DNA of 60,298 nucleotides from a virus (Duplodnaviria; Caudoviricetes): IMG/VR virus record IMGVR_UViG_3300030397_000466, positions 1 to 60,298 of that record; one strand, 5' to 3'. Shown piece by piece: positions 8,598 to 17,683 of this stretch (position 1 is its first letter; each line of letters starts with the position of its first letter). The notes under the pieces were generated by a model. It saw only the letters and a program-made list of their open reading frames with translations, ran no database searches and was not told where the DNA came from. The position numbers and the translations under genes were made by a program.

Positions 8598-8962
8598 AAT
8601 TGATTGATTTATTAGGTGTAAGAACAGAGCATGGAAGTTTATACAATTCAAATCACTTTGTTGAACGTCACGGTTGTGAAATTATTGAATATAAGCAAGA
8701 CTCAGATAAATTTATAAAGAAAATGAATCTGGAAAAATTTAAAGATGATCTTATTATATGCTATTCTGGCACTTTTGGAAAAACATCAACACCAAAATCA
8801 ATCTTTCAAAGAAAGTTTTGGGACAAGTTAAGACTCGCAAATGGAAATATTTTTATCAAAAGTAGAAGTCCTATATGGTTTGGAAGCGATAAATACAAAA
8901 AAGGATTAGAAAGATTGTTGAAAGCAGAGCAATTGAATATTGATATATCGGAGATTATATAA
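8558..8962 (+). CDS. Hypothetical protein (start uncertain)
   Basis: Tiled ORF. Confidence 0.55.
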   Translation: MVCKKEDRKKKRLKLIDLLGVRTEHGSLYNSNHFVERHGCEIIEYKQDSDKFIKKMNLEKFKDDLIICYSGTFGKTSTPKSIFQRKFWDKLRLANGNIFIKSRSPIWFGSDKYKKGLERLLKAEQLNIDISEII

Positions 8963-9588
8963 TGCAATGGATTGTTTGCGACAAGCATAAATTAACAGAA
9001 GAAATTATTATATACAGAAGAATCACAAATGGATCGTGTAGAGAATATCTTGCAAATGCAATTCAGGCAATTCCCCAAGATAGCAATCAACTTGTCTTAT
9101 TTGTAAAAGGAAACTCATCTTCTATGAAAGAACAAATAAGAGATGATGAACTTAGGGCGAATGTAATGAAAAAAGCAGTAGCAAGATGGGCATACAGAAC
9201 AGAGGATTTGTGTAATTTTATAAATGAATACCTTGAAATGGAAGCATTTAGATTTAAAATTCACGAATCAAATCACATGATTTTTGTCCCAACGGTTGGA
9301 TTGACAAAGCTAATACCTTCAATTTTTACTTTTTATAGAAAACATGAAGACAATGACAGTCAAGACAGTTTTAGTTATATGGGATTTCCTCAAGCATGCG
9401 CTTACGTTAAAACAACAGGAGACAAAGATACTTGGGTGGTGAAAGATGATGAACCATATTCAAATTATCCATTATCAACAATAGACTATTTAATGGACGA
9501 TGGATTATATGGAGACGAACAACGAGAAGAAGAAAGGAGATTCTTATCCAGTCTAAAAGAGTTGGGTCTGATGTCGAATTTTTCCTGA
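8962..9588 (+). CDS. Hypothetical protein
   Basis: 208 aa; GSCREYLAN resembles SSCREILAN of 10222..10737 (possible paralog). Confidence 0.65.
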   Translation: MQWIVCDKHKLTEEIIIYRRITNGSCREYLANAIQAIPQDSNQLVLFVKGNSSSMKEQIRDDELRANVMKKAVARWAYRTEDLCNFINEYLEMEAFRFKIHESNHMIFVPTVGLTKLIPSIFTFYRKHEDNDSQDSFSYMGFPQACAYVKTTGDKDTWVVKDDEPYSNYPLSTIDYLMDDGLYGDEQREEERRFLSSLKELGLMSNFS

Positions 9589-10238
9589 GCGAAAATGACA
9601 AAATCATTGGAGCCGCATCCATCTTGGAGCCGGAATACGTTGACGGAATCGCTCTTGAATTACAGAGCGGTGTCCACGGAAGCCTCAACGACATCAGAAA
9701 CGACATCCAGCAACAGGTGGACTTACTGGGACTCAATGACTACATAACGGATATATTAAATATTGATATTGACCCAGAAGACTTCAGCGAAGAAGAAATA
9801 CTGCTTGGCTGTGCTCCAGAATTTAGTATTTATACATTCAATGAAATAGAAAAAGACAAAAACACAACCTTGAGAAGCTGTGGTGGTCATATACATATAG
9901 ACTACCAGGGTAACAAATTTGAACTTGTTGAAGCGCTAGACTATACAGTTGGAGCTGTTGATCTATTGTGGAATAATCGTGAAAAAGTAAGAAGACAAAA
10001 AAACTATGGCGCTTTTGGGGCGCATAGAGAAAAAAAATATGGAATTGAATACAGAACTCCAAGCAATCATTGGTATTGGAACGATCAGCTAAGGCAAACA
10101 ATGGATGATTTACTTGATATTGTAATTGAGGTTCCTTCGTTTATTGTTGATAAAGCAAAAAAGGATGGGATGTCTGCAAAAATATTATCAGGAAATCAAG
10201 TCGCAATAGAAAAGTGGATTTATGGGTCAATATTATAA
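9546..10238 (+). CDS. phiEco32-like COOH-NH2 ligase type 2
   Basis: GSDVEFFL, DGIALE, LGCAPE, GGHIHI, YGIEYRTPSNHW; reading frame extends upstream of 9624 to ATC 9546 behind AAGGAG. Confidence 0.85.
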   Translation: MQSKRVGSDVEFFLSENDKIIGAASILEPEYVDGIALELQSGVHGSLNDIRNDIQQQVDLLGLNDYITDILNIDIDPEDFSEEEILLGCAPEFSIYTFNEIEKDKNTTLRSCGGHIHIDYQGNKFELVEALDYTVGAVDLLWNNREKVRRQKNYGAFGAHREKKYGIEYRTPSNHWYWNDQLRQTMDDLLDIVIEVPSFIVDKAKKDGMSAKILSGNQVAIEKWIYGSIL

Positions 10239-10737
10239 AGCAGTCTTAGTAAACGGCAAAAACCTTTATTTTAGTGGAAGCTCATGCCGTGAAATTTTGG
10301 CAAACTTTATTAAAAATAGTTTATTCAACAAAAAAGGACCGCTCAAAGTAAAAATCTTAACACCAATAGACCTAGATTTTCCTAAAGTTCTTGGAAGTAT
10401 AAAAGCTATACAGCAAGAAATTTTTAAAGAAACAACAATAGAGTGGTCTGTAGACTCAATAAAAGATGCAGTTGTATTAAAGTTTTGCAAGTCAAACAAG
10501 TCTTGGTATAATCAAATATTTTATATCTTGGGATGTATAAAATATTATAAAAAATCTAAATCTCAAAACTATCTCGAATCCTGTAACCCTGACTGGAAGC
10601 TTTTTATAGAAGAGGCACTAATCAGAGCAATGGATGAAAACTTTAACCTAAACGGCAAAAAGGGATTTGCTGTAACTATGTATAAAAAAAGGAAGAAATA
10701 TGCCCAGACTAAAGGAGTTAGTATCAAAAGTGCATAA
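10222..10737 (+). CDS. Hypothetical protein
   Basis: Tiled ORF in ligase cassette. Confidence 0.6.
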   Translation: MGQYYKAVLVNGKNLYFSGSSCREILANFIKNSLFNKKGPLKVKILTPIDLDFPKVLGSIKAIQQEIFKETTIEWSVDSIKDAVVLKFCKSNKSWYNQIFYILGCIKYYKKSKSQNYLESCNPDWKLFIEEALIRAMDENFNLNGKKGFAVTMYKKRKKYAQTKGVSIKSA

Positions 10738-11578
10738 CACAACTTCCCATGTTGTGGGGTTGCCCTCTACAGGGAATTCAACCCTTGCAGTTATGCTAAT
10801 GCCTGGCAATGTAGAGCATGTTGCATGGCCAAATAAGTGGACAAAAATCAATAAACCTGTAGGCAATCCAAGGGCATTGGTAAGATATGGTTGCGTAATG
10901 AAGAGTGGCCCTGTCAAGCATGTGCTAAACAAGGCATCCGCAATTCGCCTGGCATCAAACAAGCCAGAGGCAAGAAAGACTTTGGCGGATGCTGGAGTTT
11001 CTGTGCCACCAAACACGCCTGGAAAATTTCCCAAGGTTGTTCGTAGAAATACCCACATGAAGGGTAAGTATTTCTATGTAGCAAACAACGAAGAAGAGCT
11101 TCGAGAACATGAAACAAAGCACAATGGACAAACATATACGTCTGACTTAATTGATGCTATAGCAGAATTCAGATTTCATGTAAGCCGCTGGGGTCATTTA
11201 TTGGTTGGTCAGAAAAAAATCAAAGAAGAAGGTCGTCCGACAGTAAACAGTGAGCATGTCTGGAATCATGACAACGGATATGTATTTAAGCTTCTTACAT
11301 TTAAGAACCTGGAGCGTTACGGAAGTATCGCTGTAGAGGCTGTAAAAGCACTAGGATTGGACTTCGGTGCAGTAGATGTTAAAATGGACGGACAAGGGAA
11401 TTTATACGTTTTAGAAGTAAATACAGCGCCCGCAGGTGCAGGCATAGTTAAAAGGGTGTATGCAGCATTTTGGTCTTCCTGGGAAAGAAATGGATATCAA
11501 TTTGATGAACTGGATACACCGGAAGTATTCATGAGAGACGAAAGACTACAGGGAGCACTTCGTGAAGAGTCTGTATGA
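10700..11578 (+). CDS. ATP-grasp peptide ligase (RimK/YheC-D-like)
   Basis: EFRFHV, WNHDNG, LGLDFGAVDV, VLEVNTAP. Confidence 0.88.
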   Translation: MPRLKELVSKVHNTTSHVVGLPSTGNSTLAVMLMPGNVEHVAWPNKWTKINKPVGNPRALVRYGCVMKSGPVKHVLNKASAIRLASNKPEARKTLADAGVSVPPNTPGKFPKVVRRNTHMKGKYFYVANNEEELREHETKHNGQTYTSDLIDAIAEFRFHVSRWGHLLVGQKKIKEEGRPTVNSEHVWNHDNGYVFKLLTFKNLERYGSIAVEAVKALGLDFGAVDVKMDGQGNLYVLEVNTAPAGAGIVKRVYAAFWSSWERNGYQFDELDTPEVFMRDERLQGALREESV

Positions 11579-12161
11579 TGGATCAGTTTTAAATAAAGAA
11601 GATTTTATGGAATTTGCAAAAGACAGTTCCGTAAAAGAAATTGGAAAAAATGAAAGATATGTATCTGCAAACTTGCTACAAAGATACTTTAGAGAAAGGA
11701 ATTTAAAAAAGTATTCAGTTGCAGATCACTTCAACCATGTAAAAAGATTTAAAATTGTAAATGGAAAAATGTTTCCAGCAACAAAAAGAAATGAATCATT
11801 TATTAGAATATATTGGTCTTCAAGAAAAGACAATAAACCAATATCGAGAGTAAAAAAATATGCAGGAAGAGAAACAATTCTTGCAAACGAAAAAGAAATT
11901 ACGATAATTATTGACTCCATACTAACAAAAGCACTTCACAATGAAAGCTCTGAAAGAATCGATATCGAAAGAATTTATATCGATAAAGACTTTGTTGTAA
12001 TTCCATCAGAGTTAATTTCTGATGTAGTTGAAGTTGTTGAGTCGCATAAAGAACAAAGTCTCGTAAGGTCATCAGCGGCTATTGCTGCCCTATCAGAGAC
12101 TACCGAAGATTATGCAGTAATAACAACAAAAGGACAATTCACTTGGTTTCAGTCCACATAA
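11562..12161 (+). CDS. Hypothetical protein
   Basis: GTG start with GGGAG RBS, 199 aa. Confidence 0.6.
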   Translation: MKSLYDGSVLNKEDFMEFAKDSSVKEIGKNERYVSANLLQRYFRERNLKKYSVADHFNHVKRFKIVNGKMFPATKRNESFIRIYWSSRKDNKPISRVKKYAGRETILANEKEITIIIDSILTKALHNESSERIDIERIYIDKDFVVIPSELISDVVEVVESHKEQSLVRSSAAIAALSETTEDYAVITTKGQFTWFQST

Positions 12162-12352
12162 TAACATACTCTTTTAATGAAAAAATATTAGCTCAAAAAA
12201 TGGCAAGCAAAAATAAAACTTGGAAAGTTTTTAAATTAAATGGCCAATACTATGTCGGTGTTCTTAAAAAAGCAAAAGAAATAGCCGGTCACGACTTTTT
12301 AATGAATCTACTTAGAGATTCAACCAAAGGGTTTAAAGAGTGCACAGACTAA
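12143..12352 (+). CDS. Hypothetical protein
   Basis: Tiled ORF. Confidence 0.5.
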   Translation: MVSVHIITYSFNEKILAQKMASKNKTWKVFKLNGQYYVGVLKKAKEIAGHDFLMNLLRDSTKGFKECTD

Positions 12353-13068
12353 CAGCAGAACATATAATGCACATGGCTATGAAAGACTATCTTGAAAAAG
12401 AGCAAAATGACAGACCAAAAGGCTTGTCAAGTTCTTCAATAACTGGGTGTATAAAAAAAGATGCATATGGATTTGAGTATGGCTCAACAAAAGGAGTATC
12501 TGACGACGCTCAATCAATTAGAACATTATTTATCTCCACATTGGCTCATGAAAAAATCCAGGAGCATCTACCAAGAGAATATAGAGGCTCCAAGCTTGTC
12601 GTAGAAAAAAGAATGTCTGTAGATATACATGGTCATTCATTTAGTGGAAAACCAGATTTGCTGGTATACACAAAACTTGGACCGAAACAGAAACTAGCAG
12701 TTATTGACTGGAAGTTTGTAGGAACATGGTCTTTCAAGTATCAAGAAAACCAAACTCATATGAAAAGTCAATACTTGAGACAGCTTAGAATTTACTCTGA
12801 GATAGCATACATAAATGCAAAAGAACAAAAAATAACTTTTGGTCCACTGGCAGACCTAATTTTGGTTATATTTGACCTTGGAACCAGAAAAATAAAAAGT
12901 TTCAAGGAAAACCATAGACCTGCACAGTATACAGAGCTAAGCAGGCTTGAGCAGATAATTAAAAATAAAAAACTATTAATGAAAACAAGAAAAGGAGGAC
13001 ACCCTCTTGTCCCGTCAGAAGAGTGGGAATGTAAATACTGCCCGTTCCAGAAAAAGTGCATCAAGTAG
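12340..13068 (+). CDS. PD-(D/E)XK Cas4/RecB-like exonuclease
   Basis: VEKR...SGKPDLL...IDWK...QLRIY; C-terminal CxxC...C. Confidence 0.8.
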   Translation: MHRLTAEHIMHMAMKDYLEKEQNDRPKGLSSSSITGCIKKDAYGFEYGSTKGVSDDAQSIRTLFISTLAHEKIQEHLPREYRGSKLVVEKRMSVDIHGHSFSGKPDLLVYTKLGPKQKLAVIDWKFVGTWSFKYQENQTHMKSQYLRQLRIYSEIAYINAKEQKITFGPLADLILVIFDLGTRKIKSFKENHRPAQYTELSRLEQIIKNKKLLMKTRKGGHPLVPSEEWECKYCPFQKKCIK

Positions 13069-13966
13069 AATAGACAAAATAAACTTCAAATGGAACTGCA
13101 AAACATTTTGCCAAAGAAGTGGATACTTCGGCATCCCAAATAAAAAAGACTGGGCATATGTTGGAGATACTCACGGAGTATATAGAAAAGAAGCTATAAA
13201 AGATTTTTCAAAATGTGGCTATTGCAATAATACTTATTTCAGAAGTAATTGTTTCTGTAAAGCAAAACCTTCACTTTCATTCAGGCCTGGTTCGAAACTG
13301 CATCATACAGTAAGCCCGATACCTCGCATGCTTTATTTAGAAGATGAAGACCCAACAACTGCAAAGTTTTTGGGGGTAGAACTTGAGTTTGCATCAGAAA
13401 GAGAGATTACACAAAATGAAAAACTTCACGCAGAAGTAGAAAAAATGTATAAAATGTATAAAACATCTCCATCAATAATTCATGATGGGACAGTAAATGA
13501 TAGAATGGGTATTGAAATGGTTTTACCACCTGCCACATATGCTTGGTATTTAAATCATGGAAATGTCTATTCAATGCTTGATTTGCTGGGAGGCGAAAGC
13601 TCTCTCTTGAACGAGACAACATCTGTTCATATTCATGTAAGCAAGCATCCGTTTACAAAAGAAGAATTAACAGAAATATTTACAGAATTCTATCAAAATC
13701 CTATGAAACATAGAATTTATGGTGGAAACAAAAACATATCTAGTATTAATAGGTATTCTAATTTTGAATCTTTGTCTGATATGGACTGGAAGCATTATTT
13801 TGAAACAGGAAAAGAAGGCATTGAGGGCTATAAGGCCGGAAAATATTTTGCATTAAATGATACTAGCAACACAATAGAGTTTAGGCATATGCGTGGAATT
13901 AATACATACGAAGGTCTAATGAAAAGAATAATCTATATAGCGGAGCTTGTTGGATGTGCCAGATAA
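13007..13966 (+). CDS. Amidoligase (COOH-NH2 ligase, amidoligase_2-like)
   Basis: GVELE, HDGT, EMV, HIHVS, KYFALN, TIEFR; TTG start after AGGAGG. Confidence 0.85.
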   Translation: MSRQKSGNVNTARSRKSASSRIDKINFKWNCKTFCQRSGYFGIPNKKDWAYVGDTHGVYRKEAIKDFSKCGYCNNTYFRSNCFCKAKPSLSFRPGSKLHHTVSPIPRMLYLEDEDPTTAKFLGVELEFASEREITQNEKLHAEVEKMYKMYKTSPSIIHDGTVNDRMGIEMVLPPATYAWYLNHGNVYSMLDLLGGESSLLNETTSVHIHVSKHPFTKEELTEIFTEFYQNPMKHRIYGGNKNISSINRYSNFESLSDMDWKHYFETGKEGIEGYKAGKYFALNDTSNTIEFRHMRGINTYEGLMKRIIYIAELVGCAR

Positions 13967-14877
13967 CTATTAAACCATTTGGGGCAGTTTTAAATATGGA
14001 CCACATAAAAAAAGCAGCAGAATCAAATACTGATGGTTATGGTGTTGCAGCTTATGGTCCCAATACAGATAAAAGATTTAAGATATTTAAAACATTTAAT
14101 GTAGATAAATATATTGATTGGATTGAAAAACACAACAAAAAAGAAAATAGTCTATTGTGTCATGCAAGATATACAACAAAGGGAGAAAACAGTATTGATA
14201 ATATTCATCCTTTTTACTCCAAAAAGCATAAATTTATGTTTGCTCATAATGGAACATTTCATGGCTTTGGAGATGATACAATATCTGATTCAAGAGCATG
14301 GTTATCAGAAATACTAAACCCGCTTCCTGTTGGGTTTTATTCAAATAAGGGAATAAGACAACTACTTTCAAAGCAGATAAACAGCAGCAGAATCTGTATA
14401 ATGACAACCGAAATGTCATGGTTTTGGGGTGATTGGAAAAAGACAGAGGACAATTGCTACCAAAGTAATCATTGGCATGAAAGAACCAGGCCTGGATATG
14501 GATCAACAAGTGTTTGGTCTGGAAATAAAAAAGACAATAAAAACAATAATCAACAAAATATTCCCTATACAGTTAAAGACAAAAGAAATAAGAGAAACAT
14601 AAATAAGCCTTTTGGCAAAGATACAAAAATTACAAGTCTCTGGAAACAAAGACTGCCAGTAGTTGAAGGTGTTCCATTAAATACTGTATTTAGGGACACT
14701 GACTTCATACCGATAAACCTTGAGGATATGGAGTTTAGTAAATGTGAAATGTGTAACAGGGTAGAGTTAAGATCGCCAGAGGAAATCGTAAGAGAAACTT
14801 GCATGATCTGTTACAAAACATATCAAGCTAATAGCGTAGTTTCTGGCTTTACTGAATCCTACTTAGCCAACAGATAA
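13954..14877 (+). CDS. Class II (Ntn) glutamine amidotransferase
   Basis: N-terminal MC, DGYG, HARYTTKG, NIHPF, AHNG, DS. Confidence 0.9.
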   Translation: MCQITIKPFGAVLNMDHIKKAAESNTDGYGVAAYGPNTDKRFKIFKTFNVDKYIDWIEKHNKKENSLLCHARYTTKGENSIDNIHPFYSKKHKFMFAHNGTFHGFGDDTISDSRAWLSEILNPLPVGFYSNKGIRQLLSKQINSSRICIMTTEMSWFWGDWKKTEDNCYQSNHWHERTRPGYGSTSVWSGNKKDNKNNNQQNIPYTVKDKRNKRNINKPFGKDTKITSLWKQRLPVVEGVPLNTVFRDTDFIPINLEDMEFSKCEMCNRVELRSPEEIVRETCMICYKTYQANSVVSGFTESYLANR

Positions 14878-14886
14878 GGAAATAAT

Positions 14887-15454
14887 ATGCTTGATTTAAT
14901 CAGACAAAAAGCAGGAACGTCTGACGTTCGGAGGTGTCTTTGATGCCTTAGCAACGCCAGGCGAATATCAAGAAACCCTTGAACACAAAGGTAGCCTAAC
15001 CTATGTTAAGATACCTTACATGCTCTACCTTGCCAGGCAAGCTTGGCCGGACCTCAGATGAACTATTAAGAATAGCGGTATTCACGAAGACTCAGTTTGG
15101 GTTCACTTAGAAATTCAGTGAACAGAAAATGATAAACCCATGACGGCTGCCACAATAGATGGATCAGCCATTAAAAAGATCAAAGGCACTGAAAAACACC
15201 TCGAACTGGGTAACGACTTTAAGGGTGCTGTAACTGAAGCACTTAGAAAACTGCTAAATCAAGCACTTGGAGTGTGCAACGACGTATATATTGCACATTT
15301 CCCTGAGCTGTCAAAAGATTCTGACGCCTATAAAACTATTGCAAAAGCTATGGGTGAAGATAAGCTCAAAAATTTACAAATCAACAAAGAAAATTACAAG
15401 CCGTTCTACAAGGCAGCATATCAAAAACTAAAGAAGGAATCGAATAATGAATAA
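14887..15454 (+). CDS. Rad52/Sak-like ssDNA annealing protein, recoded (+1 frameshift and two in-frame TGA), about 188 aa
   Basis: KGSLTYV...W...KGAVTEALRK..LGV..DVY; AAGGA RBS at ATG 14887; CTT-TGA at 14938-14943; TGA at 15059 and 15119. Confidence 0.75.
14930..14944 (+). promoter_or_regulatory. prfB-type +1 frameshift cassette
   Basis: GGAGG-TGT-CTT-TGA-T versus prfB AGGGGG-TAT-CTT-TGA-C; +1 frame is the Rad52 frame. Confidence 0.8.
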
Positions 15455-15977
15455 TGTAAGTGTAGTATTTAATCCTCAAGCAGCAGCCCCTTTTAACGGG
15501 GAAAATATTCTAGGCCATTTGGTGGAAACGAAAATCAGAAAAATTGGAGATAAATTCCTGGTAACTCCGGTCATCAAGATCGCCGACGGCCAAACTGGCA
15601 CCGTGCAACATGCCAATGATGCCGATACCCAGATTGATATTTCCATTCTCACAGGGCGCACTCTGGAAAGCTCCAGGCCTCTGTGGTTTAATCCTAATGA
15701 TGCAAGCAAGAACGGCGTGTATTATAAAGTTCTTAAAGACCTCGGAATTGAATTTGAGGACCTGGGCGGTGGAAATGTTGACCTTAAGCTGGTTGACAGA
15801 ATGGACCTTTATGGAACTCCGGTTATTTTTACTGCAAAGAAGCTGGACACCCAGTATAACAAGGGTGTATTTGTAACGTATTTCGAATTAGACCCGAATG
15901 GCGATCATATTCTGCCGGGTGGTATCACCATTGAAAGCACAGAAGAACTGGACAAAGATGCCGAAGGCGCCTTCTAG
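15447..15977 (+). CDS. Putative ssDNA-binding protein
   Basis: Follows annealing protein; beta-rich with acidic tail ending EELDKDAEGAF. Confidence 0.55.
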   Translation: MNNVSVVFNPQAAAPFNGENILGHLVETKIRKIGDKFLVTPVIKIADGQTGTVQHANDADTQIDISILTGRTLESSRPLWFNPNDASKNGVYYKVLKDLGIEFEDLGGGNVDLKLVDRMDLYGTPVIFTAKKLDTQYNKGVFVTYFELDPNGDHILPGGITIESTEELDKDAEGAF

Positions 15978-16227
15978 TAAAAATACCTACTTTGTAGTAG
16001 TTTCAGGTGGTATTCCAGTAATACAGTATGCAGGAGCTGAGGCCCCAAATGGTCTCAGTTTCCTTCAGGCTGTAGAAAAATGTAAAAAAATACTAAATGA
16101 ATATGTAGAATATTACAACAAGCTAACCGAGGAAGAGTTTGGAGATTATTCTTCTTTTATTAGTGTCGAAGATTTGGTTGGTAGCTACACCGAGCTGACT
16201 AAAGGACTTAGTAATGAAAAAAATTAA
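15958..16227 (+). CDS. Hypothetical protein
   Basis: Likely start MPKAPSSK. Confidence 0.55.
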   Translation: MPKAPSSKNTYFVVVSGGIPVIQYAGAEAPNGLSFLQAVEKCKKILNEYVEYYNKLTEEEFGDYSSFISVEDLVGSYTELTKGLSNEKN

Positions 16228-16462
16228 TGAAGATTATATTATGTATCAGAACATGGAAGAGGCACTTGGAAATAAAGACATTTCAGGTTTTATTCTTCAT
16301 ACCTATAATTTCAATACAATAGAAAAAGCATGAAAGATATATCAAAGCAAGCTAAAATCTGATCCAAACACAGGTATAAACTATTTCCTGTATCTTCTGG
16401 GGAATCTAAAAGAAGAATTCCCAAATCACACTAACCCAGAAAGGAAAGTTCTTCATGAGTAA
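16214..16462 (+). CDS. 82 aa protein with in-frame TGA (possible replication accessory protein)
   Basis: AAGGA RBS; TIEKA[TGA]KIYQ at 16331; reading through reaches TAA overlapping the dnaB ATG. Confidence 0.65.
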
Positions 16463-17645
16463 TACACTTGAAAAGTCTGTTCTTAGTTATTATGCTAAGG
16501 GCGGAACCGTTAAAGCACAATTAGACACTCAACACTTCTCAAATCCTGTGCACGGTAAAATCTGAGAAAAAATTCTTGCATGTGATATACCAACTGACAT
16601 AGCAGAGCTTAGTCTGGTTCTTACTCCAGATGAACTTGAATATGTAAGAAGCCACTCAGAGTCTTCCACTGATGACAATGTAATAAAGCACGCTACACAC
16701 CTAAGAAATATTTGAAGGCAAAGTGAGCGTATTCGGGTATTAACCGATATTAATAAGAAGGTGGGAAACAAAGAGAGTATTGATGAAGACCTAAAAACAT
16801 TCATGGCGTTGGGTGATGTAGAAGATAGATCACCTCAAAAGTCTATGGACAATGCACTGGAGAATTTGAGAGCAGGATTTCCTGTTATTGAAACAAGAAT
16901 ACCATATATTGACGAGTCTGCAAAAGGCCTAACCAGAGGTGAAATGAGTATTATTGCTGGCAGGCCAGGAAATGGCAAATCATCTCTTGCCATAAATATA
17001 GCAATGCAGCTTGCAAGAAATGGAAACAAGGTGGTATTCTTTTCAAGGGAAATGACCAAAGAACAGCTAATGGGCAGGATACTGTCTAATGAATTACGCA
17101 TAGACAGTAGACAGTTCAGAGGAAAGCTTTCTAAAACTCTTGACAAAACACTTTCAGAGCATTCACCAAAGATTCTTGAAAAATATAAGAATTTGTTAAT
17201 AGTAGATGATGTATGGGAACTGGATGGGACACTAAGAATACTTAACACCTTTGAACCTGACGTATTTATTGATGATTACGTTCAGCTTACAGAGGGTGAT
17301 ATAGGTTCTATGAAGGGAGATAGTCCACGATTTGAAATAAAGCAAGTTCTTAATGCTTACAAGCAACACTGTAAGCGGCTTAATATGCACGGTATAATTG
17401 TGTCTCAAATGAACCGAGAGGTTGAAAAGAGACTAACTTTCGTTCCTATGATGTCTGACCTTGCAGAAGCAGCCTTTCTTGAGCATGCAGCAGAGATGAT
17501 ACTATTCACTATGTATCCTCATGTTTACAATGCGAAGGAAGATAAAAATAAATTTATTGTATTCTGTAAGAAGTCAAGATACGGGAGCGTAGGAACCTAC
17601 GAGATTGTTTATGAGCCAGAATTTCAGAACTTTAAAGCTTCTTAA
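16455..17645 (+). CDS. dnaB: DnaB-like replicative helicase, 396 aa with two in-frame TGA
   Basis: AGRPGNGKS, FSREM, IDDYVQL, SQMNR, KSRYG; N-domain HFSNPVHGKI[TGA]EKI and LRNI[TGA]RQ are in frame. Confidence 0.88.
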
Positions 17646-17683
17646 ACAACTCGAAATAAGTGAAAGGGCTATAAGGCTACTAA

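Noticed and set aside
12340-13068. CRISPR-associated cas4
   Set aside because: No array or other cas genes; typical phage Cas4-like exonuclease.
14887-16760. Simple pseudogenisation of replication genes
   Set aside because: All lesions are TGA (most at aromatic-compatible sites) plus one prfB-like site, with no TAA/TAG nonsense; disfavoured, but needs a read check.
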